Source: a virus
Virus record (IMG/VR): IMGVR_UViG_3300003272_000012
Location: 16,966-80,965 of that record
Length of the DNA stretch: 64,000 bases
Reading direction: 5' to 3' (one strand)
Each line of letters begins with the position of its first letter. Position 1 is the first letter of the stretch. The position numbers and the translations under genes are program-made. Of the stretch, positions 29,482-38,689 are shown piece after piece. The notes beneath the pieces were generated by a model. That model was not told the DNA's origin. It did no database searches and saw nothing but the letters and a program-made list of their open reading frames with translations.

Positions 29482-29515
29482 AATATAACATGCAATTTAC
29501 AAAGATGCAAATTGC
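29482..29515 (-). promoter_or_regulatory. leftward promoter with overlapping operator
   Basis: TTGCAT-17-TATATT on the minus strand; inverted repeat GCAATTT-N10-AAATTGC (29492-29515) overlaps the -35. Confidence 0.55.
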
Positions 29516-29593
29516 TCTTTCATGAGTTTCAATTTTGTAAGGCGTTTGAGCTACTTATTGGGAGTCAAGTGATACACCCAAATGAGAGGTGGT

Positions 29594-29821
29594 TTATTCT
29601 TCGCTTTCTGGTGGGGTATAACCGCGGATTGTATTGCGATCAAAGATTGGTTGTATGTCTTTGTACTTAACTACGATTGTTGGTCCCATTCGCATATGCG
29701 GAATATCCAAGTCCTTAACTAGTTGCCGGACTCTTGCTCCACTCCGATCAATTAATTCAGCAACTTGCTTCACTGTCAGCAAGTCATCTGGTTCGTATTC
29801 GTGTTGCTTGTCTTCTGACAT
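29594..29821 (-). CDS. excisionase/MerR-like HTH_17 DNA-binding protein
   Basis: LLTVKQVAELIDRSGARVRQLV...MGPTIVV; probable start MSEDK at 29821. Confidence 0.8.
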   Translation of the reverse strand: MSEDKQHEYEPDDLLTVKQVAELIDRSGARVRQLVKDLDIPHMRMGPTIVVKYKDIQPIFDRNTIRGYTPPESEE

Positions 29822-29928
29822 GGTTAAATGTCCCATCTGTGTGTGAATTCCTCCAATCATACCAGACAACATTTTTTTTTGAATCAACTTTATGCGATAT
29901 AATTCAGAAAAATAAAGGTGAAAATATA

Positions 29929-30819
29929 GTGCGGATCAAACCATTATCCCTTCTACTAATTATACTAGGCATCCTAACACTTTTAATATTGCCGACAACT
30001 AGTTATTCGCTATTCTTTATATTCTTAGCCGTTAGCTTAGGTCTTTGGTTTGGCTACCAATATCGTTCAACAAATCAACCCGACCCATGGACTGTCATTA
30101 GTATGTTGATTTTTGCATTTATATTTATACTGATATATGGAGCAACAGAATTAATTAAAGGACACCATGTAAATTTGTGTTTGGGGTCTAACTATGATCT
30201 CGAAGTTTATGCTGACGATATACATTCTGGTGAATTCTTTGTTGAAATTCAGGTCACTAAAAGAATATTGTCCGAACTTCATTCTTTTGCTACACCCGTA
30301 AATTCAGCTGCATCTACCCAGTTTCCGACCCCTACTCCTACACTTACGCCAACCCCTATCCCTACTATGGTAGTAGACGGTCAACCGGCTGGTCCTTTGG
30401 TCAAGGTCGTCCATATTGATTTAGCTGGTGGTTGTAGCTCTGCCGATGTTGAAATTCAAGATTTGCCGGCTCAATCCTTCTTGAGTGCTCAAGATGGTAG
30501 TGATTTAGAAGTAGATCCCCCTCACCTTGATAAGCAAAATATCAGATGGTCAGATGGAGATTTAGCTGATGGGATTGAGTTTGCTTATGTTACGCCACCA
30601 TTACAATATCTGCGCCCAATCATCGCACCATTATTCGATATTACGTCATTTAGCAATTGGGTGCTGATAATCATTGGCGGTGCTATAGGTAGCGTAATCT
30701 CATTCTTTGTTGGCAGAATTGTCAAGCGGCTCAAGGATAAGTTTCTCCCTGAGTCGACTAAAGATGCCGGTGACAATGATGATGAGGATAAATTCGATCT
30801 AGAAGTTGTCAAACGATAA
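29929..30819 (+). CDS. multi-pass membrane protein (moron)
   Basis: Probable GTG start at 29929 after AAAGG; three N-terminal TM segments, a PTPT linker and a C-terminal TM. Confidence 0.65.
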   Translation: MRIKPLSLLLIILGILTLLILPTTSYSLFFIFLAVSLGLWFGYQYRSTNQPDPWTVISMLIFAFIFILIYGATELIKGHHVNLCLGSNYDLEVYADDIHSGEFFVEIQVTKRILSELHSFATPVNSAASTQFPTPTPTLTPTPIPTMVVDGQPAGPLVKVVHIDLAGGCSSADVEIQDLPAQSFLSAQDGSDLEVDPPHLDKQNIRWSDGDLADGIEFAYVTPPLQYLRPIIAPLFDITSFSNWVLIIIGGAIGSVISFFVGRIVKRLKDKFLPESTKDAGDNDDEDKFDLEVVKR

Positions 30820-30960
30820 AATTATTTATTGATATAAGTTAATCTCAGGGGCAAGTATACAAGCACCTGCCCTACTAATAAATTAAACTTCAGTCATTCG
30901 AATGACATACATCTTGGTGTGTGTTACTATATTTATACACCTTGTTGTATGGGTGGTTTG

Positions 30961-30994
30961 CTCTCACTTGTGAAAGTCTAGCCACAGGTGAGAG
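30961..30994. terminator. hairpin between convergent genes
   Basis: CTCTCACTTGTG / CACAGGTGAGAG 12-bp stem. Confidence 0.5.
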
Positions 30995-31013
30995 CTCTAC
31001 ACCGCTGGTTAAA

Positions 31014-31472
31014 TTAACTTGCCAATATCCCGACGTATAATAAGCTCACGCCTTCGTTTTTCCGTCGTCGCAATGTGCGCTTAGACATTCCAGCAAGCGC
31101 CTCATGTTCATCGGTTGATAGATTGAATGGCAAGCCTGTATAGTAGATATACATGACTGACCATGCCTCCAGCTGAGGATTTAACTGCCTGTAATCCTCC
31201 CCTGCCATCTGAACGAACGTGTCTCGACGGATCGACTGTGGATTTACCTCATCTAAGTTGTATATGCTCCTGAGATAGTTGTATTCTCCCGATACAAATT
31301 TAGCTAACCATAAGCGAATGTGGTAATCCTGTAGGATCTGTGGCGCATCGCTAGATACAATGTTGTGATGAATTGCCCAATCGTGTACTGATGATCGTGC
31401 AATCTGTTTGTTGTAGCGGATGCTACTTAAATACGCTTGTAGATCTTTTTTAGTCATCATGAGTAAATACAC
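31014..31472 (-). CDS. hypothetical protein, possible transcription regulator
   Basis: 152 aa; C-terminal ALAGMSKRTLRRRK resembles an HTH recognition helix. Confidence 0.55.
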   Translation of the reverse strand: MYLLMMTKKDLQAYLSSIRYNKQIARSSVHDWAIHHNIVSSDAPQILQDYHIRLWLAKFVSGEYNYLRSIYNLDEVNPQSIRRDTFVQMAGEDYRQLNPQLEAWSVMYIYYTGLPFNLSTDEHEALAGMSKRTLRRRKNEGVSLLYVGILAS

Positions 31473-31754
31473 CTCATCTAAATGTTCGATGTATGTGTAT
31501 TAGCACGATGACTAAACAAAGTCAGTTAGTGTATTGTTATAAAACTAGCAACAGATGTATTACCGATATTTTAATAGGTGTGTTACATCATTATTTATGT
31601 TCCACACCTGTAAAGGCTAATTATAGCTATTCAGTTGTTAACATGCACTGATGCTGGTGTATTCGTTTGTCAATCCGATGGTGTTTGTGTGGTGGCAGGT
31701 GATTGCGATGAAGGCACAATCTGCCCTGCCCTGCTGGTGCAACTTCTGCGAATG

Positions 31755-31927
31755 ATCGGACAAGGCAAGCCTTGTCCCTACAGATATGTTGAAGCGGTGT
31801 GGTAGGATTACTCCTATCACCTTTTAGGTGGTGAGGCAGGGGTTTCCCCCTGTTGTCTTTCCGGTACAGCCAGTTTCGGTTGGTCGCCTTTGGCTGGCTG
31901 TGCCTTCAAACCTCACCAGAATTCTAA
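31755..31927 (-). ncRNA. candidate multi-stem structured RNA / leader
   Basis: Minus-strand extended -10 TGA-TATGAT (31936-31944). Stems closed by GAAA, GTAA and G(CTTG)C tetraloops, plus an 8-bp enclosing helix. Confidence 0.55.
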
Positions 31928-32009
31928 TTTCGCATATCATATCAGATATAATAGAAGTGAATTTAATCATCAATGATAGACATATATAGTATAGCATATC
32001 TATCTAATA

Positions 32010-32036
32010 TTTCAATATCTAATATCTATATTGAAA
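32010..32036. promoter_or_regulatory. operator-like inverted repeat between divergent promoters
   Basis: TTTCAATAT-N9-ATATTGAAA. Confidence 0.5.
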
Positions 32037-32081
32037 TTATTGAAAAAATGTTCTATACTATTGGAAGGAACAAATTAGGAG

Positions 32082-32339
32082 ATGAAAGTGAACAATCGCA
32101 TCCCAGAATTGATTGCAGAATACGAATCGACAATCGGCCGAACTGTCTCTCAGAAAGAGATCGCCGAAGAAGCTGATGTGCCTCAAGGTACTTTGTCTCG
32201 CTACATAAATGGACGAGTTGATAGTCTGAACTTAAATGTTGAGTTCCGGTTGTGTTGGTTTTTCACACAAAAACTAGGTCGTGAAATTGATCGTGGCGAT
32301 TTGTTCAGCTTTGATTTCACAGAGTTACAGGCAAGTTAG
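32082..32339 (+). CDS. XRE/Cro-type HTH regulator
   Basis: SQKEIAEEADVPQGTLSRYING HTH; no S24 peptidase domain. Confidence 0.88.
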   Translation: MKVNNRIPELIAEYESTIGRTVSQKEIAEEADVPQGTLSRYINGRVDSLNLNVEFRLCWFFTQKLGREIDRGDLFSFDFTELQAS

Positions 32340-32341
32340 TG

Positions 32342-32488
32342 ATGAGCCAAAAACGCAAGCGCGACGATGAGCAAGACTCATTTGGATATCAAGCACGTGG
32401 CTGGATCGGCATCGGATTTTTGTTGATCGGGATGTTGGCAGCGCTGGGTGCGATGTTTTATGAGTTTTTTGTTTTGCCGGGGCTGTAG
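32342..32488 (+). CDS. small single-TM peptide (48 aa)
   Basis: MSQKRKRDDEQDSFGYQARGWIGIGFLLIGMLAALGAMFYEFFVLPGL; not in the ORF track. Confidence 0.55.
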   Translation: MSQKRKRDDEQDSFGYQARGWIGIGFLLIGMLAALGAMFYEFFVLPGL

Positions 32489-32570
32489 ATAGGTAGAATG
32501 TTTGGTTGGGCTATCTTTCGGGTATACAATATGATTAAGACTAATCGTATTGTGACGGAGGATAGCAACA

Positions 32571-33884
32571 ATGTTTCGCAGGAAGAAAGCTCAGTCCAAA
32601 TTGGTAACTGTCAAGTATGGTCCGTTTGGTAATCCGCATAAGAAACGGATCGAACAGGCGATTGAGAAGGCTAGTAAGCAGGGGTATGACTTGGCACAGC
32701 GTCAAGATGTACCAAATAAGCGTAAGACTGAGCTGACGTTTGTTTTGCCAACGATTGAAGAGGTGAAACCGGAACCAAAACCGACTAAGAAGAAGTCTGC
32801 GAAACAGTCAAAGCCGAAGCGGGAAGAGGTTCCGGAATTATCACGTAGCGCAGTAATATTCAGTATATTGACTATTTTTATGATGGGTGTTTTGCTGATT
32901 ATGTTATTTAGACCTAATGTCAGTAGTCGTAGTGTAAGTGTTGATGCGACGTTGATGCAGCTACCAACTCAAGTTCTCGACAGTGAATTAACTATGGTGG
33001 CGATGATGTCGGCTGAGCCGAGTGCAACGATTACAAACACGCCAGAACCGACTGCGATAATTACGAATACGGTTGAGCCTACGGTAACTATAACCAGCAC
33101 ACCAGTTGTTGCTCAAGTTGTTGAAGAACCAAGTATTTTGACATTTGATGATGCTGACACACAAGCTTTGCATGATGCGATTTTGGCAATGGATGAAGTA
33201 GCTTCAATAGAAATATTCTCAACAGAATCTTTTGACTCAATTCGAGTATTTGGTGAAATTACAGTACAAACCAATATGGTCAATGAAAATGTAGCAAACC
33301 AAATTATAGATATAGCGGTGAATTATTATCCAAATGCTGAAAGTGTTGATATATTCCTTGCCGACGGTGTAAATGTACCATTCAATTATTATTGGCAAAC
33401 CTCGCAAGAACGATTAACTATCACAGAGATGCAGATCAACGCACCTGCTAGTGCTGCCAGTGTTGAAGGTGTAACAGAAATTCCAATAACCATTGGTGAG
33501 ATTATCAGCCAAGCAAATATTCGTACCTGTCCACAAGCTAATGAAGCCTGCTCTGTTGTTGCTACATTAGTTCGAGGACAAGATGGGTTGATAGGGTTCC
33601 CCATCAATGGCTCTGTGACTGGTGAAGCTATCAACGGCAATAGCTTGTGGTATCGCGGTGCATATGATGGGCAAGAAGTTTATGTGCATTCATCATTAGT
33701 GATTCTTGGTGGTAGTAATCAGTCAAGCAATACGTCTTCAGAAACAACAAATGCTGGTCCAACTGCCCTACCTCGTCCATCAAATTGTGCGGAAGCGGTC
33801 GAATGGGGATATACAGCTGAACAAGCGGCGCAATGGTCGCACCTTGATCGGGATAATGATGGTGTGGCGTGTTATGGGGATTAG
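32571..33884 (+). CDS. membrane-anchored protein with SH3-like and C-terminal Excalibur Ca-binding domains
   Basis: One TM; ANIRTCPQ...WYRG SH3-like segment; SNCAEA...HLDRDNDGVAC Excalibur motif. Confidence 0.8.
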   Translation: MFRRKKAQSKLVTVKYGPFGNPHKKRIEQAIEKASKQGYDLAQRQDVPNKRKTELTFVLPTIEEVKPEPKPTKKKSAKQSKPKREEVPELSRSAVIFSILTIFMMGVLLIMLFRPNVSSRSVSVDATLMQLPTQVLDSELTMVAMMSAEPSATITNTPEPTAIITNTVEPTVTITSTPVVAQVVEEPSILTFDDADTQALHDAILAMDEVASIEIFSTESFDSIRVFGEITVQTNMVNENVANQIIDIAVNYYPNAESVDIFLADGVNVPFNYYWQTSQERLTITEMQINAPASAASVEGVTEIPITIGEIISQANIRTCPQANEACSVVATLVRGQDGLIGFPINGSVTGEAINGNSLWYRGAYDGQEVYVHSSLVILGGSNQSSNTSSETTNAGPTALPRPSNCAEAVEWGYTAEQAAQWSHLDRDNDGVACYGD

Positions 33885-33886
33885 GC

Positions 33887-34081
33887 ATGTTCTACCGAGT
33901 GACATACAAGCAGGGGCTGGAGCGAAATGGTTTGATCACATGGGATACCACACGTTACACAATGCGGGTTGATGGTCGTGATGTGGTTGATGCAGAAGCG
34001 AATTTCTATAAAGTCCGGTGGATTGATGGTGATCGGTTTAATCGGATGCAGGTGTTGAGTATACGACGGGATGTGGAGTGA
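33887..34081 (+). CDS. hypothetical protein
   Basis: 64 aa from ATG 33887, coupled to neighbours. Confidence 0.5.
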   Translation: MFYRVTYKQGLERNGLITWDTTRYTMRVDGRDVVDAEANFYKVRWIDGDRFNRMQVLSIRRDVE

Positions 34082-34084
34082 GGT

Positions 34085-35338
34085 ATGACGACTAGAAATT
34101 TAACTGATGAGAAGCAAGAAGACATTATTGAGCGTGTTCGTCGATTCATTGATGAAGGTCGTGAGGATGATGCAGTTGAATTGATTCAAAGTGTTGATGA
34201 TATTGAACAGATGCGGATTGTTTCCGTGATTGATGATCATTACCAATATGAATTAATTTACGACTTGGCGAGGGCTTATAATAAGAGTCTCCTGTTGCAT
34301 ACAACGATTATTTACATCCGTGCCCGAGTCCGTGCCTATACCCGTGACCTTGCCTATGCCCTTGCCTTTGCCCGTGACCTTGACATTGCCTATGCCCATG
34401 CCATTGCCCGTGCTGTTGCCCGTGACCTTGACATTGCCCGTGCTCTTGCCCTTGCCTTTGCCCGTGACCTTGACATTGCCCGTGCTCTTGCCCGTGACCT
34501 TGCCCGTGACCTTGACCGTAGTCTTACCAGTGACCTTGCCGGTGACTTTTCCCTTAACCTTGCCCGTGCTAGTGGCATATTAGAAATTGTTACAAGTTAT
34601 TTGATTGTACAAATTACAGATTTCATTAGAGAGTTGTCGGAACAAGATGAGCCAACAGTATTGAGCAGGGTAATTCAACGGGTGTTGGAAGCACAATATG
34701 CCAAGTTAGCATTGCCAGTTAGATTTGAAGGTGTGGAGTCGATTACGGCTGATGTGCTTGAGCGTGAGTTTATGCCCATGTTTCGCGCATTACGGGATAT
34801 GCAAGAACTCTGGTGTGAATGGCATGAGATTGAATTTATCGAGCCAACAATTGAGAAGATGGAACCGGGAAGTATTGTGACACGACTTAAGAATATGTTT
34901 GAAGCCTCGCGTTACTTGGTTAATGCAGAGTTGAAACGAGAAGTTGAGGAACTTCGACTTGAAAACAGTAGGCTTAAGCATGCCCTTGAGGTGAAGGATA
35001 AGGAATATGAACGAAAACTGGCTGAGCAAGCTCTAGCTTATAGAGAAAGCCGTGTCCAAGAGATTGAAGTGTTGGAGACGGAACGATCTAGGCTAGAATC
35101 TCAGCTTCAAAGTGTTTTAAACAATATGAAAAAAGAATATTTAGAGATGGCACGAGAATTTATAGATGTTGATGCCCCTCACCTATCCCCTGAGGATAAA
35201 CTAGAACATACTCTTCGTCTTGCTACTGTGTTGCGTCAGTGGTTTGAAACTAATCTGGATATGAAGTTGGCTATTAAAATATTAAAGCCTAAGCCAAAGA
35301 ACTTACCATATACGCCAAAGGATAAGCAAGATGACTAA
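34085..35338 (+). CDS. ARDL-repeat coiled-coil protein (paralog of 16032..17498)
   Basis: ARDLDIARALA repeats, FEGVESITADVL domain, coiled coil. Confidence 0.8.
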   Translation: MTTRNLTDEKQEDIIERVRRFIDEGREDDAVELIQSVDDIEQMRIVSVIDDHYQYELIYDLARAYNKSLLLHTTIIYIRARVRAYTRDLAYALAFARDLDIAYAHAIARAVARDLDIARALALAFARDLDIARALARDLARDLDRSLTSDLAGDFSLNLARASGILEIVTSYLIVQITDFIRELSEQDEPTVLSRVIQRVLEAQYAKLALPVRFEGVESITADVLEREFMPMFRALRDMQELWCEWHEIEFIEPTIEKMEPGSIVTRLKNMFEASRYLVNAELKREVEELRLENSRLKHALEVKDKEYERKLAEQALAYRESRVQEIEVLETERSRLESQLQSVLNNMKKEYLEMAREFIDVDAPHLSPEDKLEHTLRLATVLRQWFETNLDMKLAIKILKPKPKNLPYTPKDKQDD

Positions 35339-35957
35339 CACAAAATGGGTATATCGCGGTTTTGGGCATTGGAAGGAGTTTCCTGTAGATAGCCCAGAAG
35401 CCCTCGCCTACCAGAAAGCGCTGAATGGGATGTTGCCCAAGTGGCGTGAACGTCGTGAGCTGGAGTTCAGAACTTGGCATGCACGTCATACACAGCTGAT
35501 GGCTCAGCGGGCGGCACTCGATTGGCAGATGGTTGCATTTAAAGAACCCGTTGTTGATCTGTATAAGGCGCTCGCACCAGACTATCGTGATTGGGTACTA
35601 GAAGCAGATGGTCGCGACGAATGTGTTCGGTCACAAATGGTGGCGTTGGACCGGATTATCCCGACACAAGACGATGTAAATCTAGAATTGGTGCGGTGGT
35701 ATAAACGTAGTGGGTATACTCGAGATACACAGAACAAGTTACCGCTAGGATTGCGATTTGATGGTAGTGACGATGTGTATCTGATCAATGGGCATCACCG
35801 GTATGCAGCTGCAATTGATAGGGCACATGGTGCGCATAAAACGATGTATATGGATGTCGATAGCATCGATATATCATTTGATGAGGCATGTGGTAATTTA
35901 GAGGACTTCCCGATCAATTTAGTGGAATTATTTGAGCTTCTAACAGAGGTTGCCTAG
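35331..35957 (+). CDS. ParB/sulfiredoxin N-terminal-like domain protein
   Basis: LDRIIPTQ...YLINGHHRYAAA (GHHR motif); no following HTH. Confidence 0.75.
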   Translation: MTNTKWVYRGFGHWKEFPVDSPEALAYQKALNGMLPKWRERRELEFRTWHARHTQLMAQRAALDWQMVAFKEPVVDLYKALAPDYRDWVLEADGRDECVRSQMVALDRIIPTQDDVNLELVRWYKRSGYTRDTQNKLPLGLRFDGSDDVYLINGHHRYAAAIDRAHGAHKTMYMDVDSIDISFDEACGNLEDFPINLVELFELLTEVA

Positions 35958-36862
35958 TGAGCATATTGGCTGATACATCCCCTACCACGAACCGTGTGAT
36001 GATGACGGAAGATGAAGCGACCCGGACACACAAGCGGATCTTAGCGCGTGATAAAGCTCAGTCACGGGATATGCAGTCGATGTATGATCTCGATGGATGG
36101 AAAGTGCTTGGGTATGCGTCGTGGGATGAGTATTTGAGCCAAGCGTTTGATTATTCAAAATCTTATTTGTCGCGGTTGAATGCGAATATTAAAGTAAACC
36201 ATCAACTAGGTACTGGCGAAACACCACTGCCAGAACGTCAAACCCGCCCGCTCAACCGATTACCAGATACATTGCGCTCGGAAGCCTATGAAACAGCTAA
36301 AGCGCTGGCAAAGGCTGAAAACGGCGACTTGCAGGTACGTCATATGGAGATGGCGAGCGAGCAGGTCGAGTTAAAACAAACCGTGCGTGACTCTGGCCAT
36401 CGTGTGATCAGTGTGATGATGGATGCTGGTGATGTCTCCCCAAAAACGGCACAGGCGATGTGTGAGCAATTGGATATACTTGATCCCAGTACATATAGTG
36501 GTGTGATTCAGATTATTGGTGAACATGGCTTAGCAGATCCGTTATTGATTCCAGAATTTGCTGATATGATAAACCGAGACTCACGAACATTAGCGCGGGT
36601 GATGGCGACAGGTTATATTAATGATAAGCCAATAGGGCAAGCGTCACTGGAAGATTTGAAGGCTGAGAAGCTGGTTAGCCAGTCTGAGATTATTGGCGAG
36701 AAGCAAGAACAAGCCCGTCAGAAAGCGAGTGAGCAGGGCAAGTTAGCGGTTATCGCACATGTGGTGACGGTGTATGAGAATGCGCCAGAACGGACGTTGA
36801 AGTCCTTGAAACGTGCCCTATCCGATGAGGATTTGAAAGCATTGAAGGAGTTGATTGCGTGA
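35957..36862 (+). CDS. hypothetical phage protein
   Basis: 301 aa (GTG start); GYASWDEY...LPERQTRPLNRL segment. Confidence 0.65.
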   Translation: MSILADTSPTTNRVMMTEDEATRTHKRILARDKAQSRDMQSMYDLDGWKVLGYASWDEYLSQAFDYSKSYLSRLNANIKVNHQLGTGETPLPERQTRPLNRLPDTLRSEAYETAKALAKAENGDLQVRHMEMASEQVELKQTVRDSGHRVISVMMDAGDVSPKTAQAMCEQLDILDPSTYSGVIQIIGEHGLADPLLIPEFADMINRDSRTLARVMATGYINDKPIGQASLEDLKAEKLVSQSEIIGEKQEQARQKASEQGKLAVIAHVVTVYENAPERTLKSLKRALSDEDLKALKELIA

Positions 36863-37794
36863 GCCATTTCTTTATTTCTTACAGTCGAAAAAACAGCGCT
36901 GATGTTGAGAAGCTTGAACTTAAAATGCAAGAAGAAGGCATACTTGTGTGGACAGATCGACGCATTGAAGCTGGGGAGGAATGGCGCAAAATGATCGATC
37001 TAGCAATTGAAGATTCAATTGGCGTCATACTTATTGTTTCTGAATACTCAATTAAGTCAAAGTATGTCGATTATGAATGGTCATATGCAATGGGAAAAGG
37101 CAAAAAAATTATCCCTGTTGCGATAGATGTTACCAGTGAGAGCGATGACGATGTTCATCCGAAACTATCTCCTATCCAGTGGATTAAAGTCCTAAATGAC
37201 CCACTTGGATGGCAAGATGAATTGGTTGATAAGCTAAAACATTTGGCAGGAGTTGTTGAGGACTTTCCACCGCATATTCAGAATGCTGTTAAGTTATTTG
37301 ATAGTCTTGAGAAAAGTGACTGGAAAAAGGCGGTCGAATTTCTCAAGCAAAATCGTTCTCCTTATGCAATTGATGCACTTGCGTTAGGTTGTCATCATGA
37401 TACCTACGGAGTGCGAGAGGCGTGTGGGTTGTACTTTGTAAGGAACATGGATAAAAGAGGTATTCCCATAATCGAGGAAATTTATGGCACACTTGAGGTA
37501 AAACGAACTTCAAATCCAAGTCATTTGCCATTTATTCGGAAATTCAAGATTTCGAGTGTACAAAAAAATATTATCGATTTTATTGAACACAGTGATAGAA
37601 AGCACGCAGAAAACCCAACGAAATACGATCGATATGCGAATTTGAATGTGATAAATAGAATTATTGCAACACTTGAGCACATTATAACTGAAGACGGAAT
37701 CGAAGAATTGCGAAGTGCATCTGTGCAACTTGAGTCTGATGGGCTTTGGAAAAGGCAAGTCGACTCTATGTTATCAAAGTTCAATGCTGAATAA
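36859..37794 (+). CDS. TIR domain protein with HEAT-like C-terminus
   Basis: FFISYSRKN...WTDRRIEAGEEW...SKYVDYEWSYA (putative catalytic Glu). Confidence 0.9.
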   Translation: MSHFFISYSRKNSADVEKLELKMQEEGILVWTDRRIEAGEEWRKMIDLAIEDSIGVILIVSEYSIKSKYVDYEWSYAMGKGKKIIPVAIDVTSESDDDVHPKLSPIQWIKVLNDPLGWQDELVDKLKHLAGVVEDFPPHIQNAVKLFDSLEKSDWKKAVEFLKQNRSPYAIDALALGCHHDTYGVREACGLYFVRNMDKRGIPIIEEIYGTLEVKRTSNPSHLPFIRKFKISSVQKNIIDFIEHSDRKHAENPTKYDRYANLNVINRIIATLEHIITEDGIEELRSASVQLESDGLWKRQVDSMLSKFNAE

Positions 37795-37882
37795 ATCAAA
37801 AACCACCCGGTGTAGACGGGCGGTTGTTGAAAAGGTCAAGGGCATGTGCCCTACGATGTGATTGTATCACAGGAAAGGAAAT

Positions 37883-38689
37883 ATGATGAATATTGCGGTT
37901 ACTAATCGTAAAGGTGGTGTTGGCAAGAGCACCATGAGTTTGCATCTAGCTAGTGGGTTGGCAACACTTGGTTATCGGGTTGCACTTGTTGATACTGATA
38001 GCCAAGGGCATGTATCGTTATCACTGGATTTGCCGGAGACTGATGGATTATATCGTGCGCTGGTTAATGATGAACCTATCGAAGATATTGTGATTTCCGT
38101 TGAAAAAGATGCGTATTCCCCTGCTGATAATCCGGCAAAAGGTCATTTATTTGTGATTCCGGCAGAGGATAAGACATATCAGATTTCTAGTCATATTGAG
38201 CAACAGCCCTTTAAGTTTTTGAACTTCACGGATGATTTGAAAAAGGTGCTTAATCTGCACTTTGTTGTGATTGATACTAGCCCTACTATTAAAGATTTGG
38301 ACAGCCAGATTTTTATGGCAACAGATGGTTATCTGTATGTGTCTGAAGCTGAGAAATTGTCACGGCATGGTGTTGAAAAAGCAATCAAACAAATGAGTGG
38401 CTTGGTGAATGATCGTGTCCGTCACTTACGTCGCCCTACGACTGTACTAGGTGTTTTGCCTAATAAAGTACGTAATACAGACAGCCACATCTATAATCTA
38501 GAAGAGATGGAAGCTGCTTATGGTAAATATATGCTTGACCCTATCCGTCTGAGAACAGCATGGAGTGAGGCATCGGTGTATACCGAGACATTATTCACAT
38601 ATGCACCAACCAGTGAAGCAGCAAAAGAAGCATGGCGAATGATTCAACAAGTTGTGGAGGCGGTAAACGCATGGCATCAGACAAAATGA
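37883..38689 (+). CDS. parA: ParA/Soj family ATPase
   Basis: NRKGGVGKST deviant Walker A, VDTDSQG, IDTSP; probable start at about 37883-37886. Confidence 0.92.
   Translation: MMNIAVTNRKGGVGKSTMSLHLASGLATLGYRVALVDTDSQGHVSLSLDLPETDGLYRALVNDEPIEDIVISVEKDAYSPADNPAKGHLFVIPAEDKTYQISSHIEQQPFKFLNFTDDLKKVLNLHFVVIDTSPTIKDLDSQIFMATDGYLYVSEAEKLSRHGVEKAIKQMSGLVNDRVRHLRRPTTVLGVLPNKVRNTDSHIYNLEEMEAAYGKYMLDPIRLRTAWSEASVYTETLFTYAPTSEAAKEAWRMIQQVVEAVNAWHQTK

Noticed and set aside
34320-34583. LPVTL-repeat ORFs
   Set aside because: Shadow frames of the ARDL tract in 34085..35338.
37838-37856. GTAG-flanked REP-like hairpin (AGGGCATGTGCCCTAC)
   Set aside because: Single short degenerate copy with no RAYT/IS200 transposase nearby; not enough to call a mobile element.
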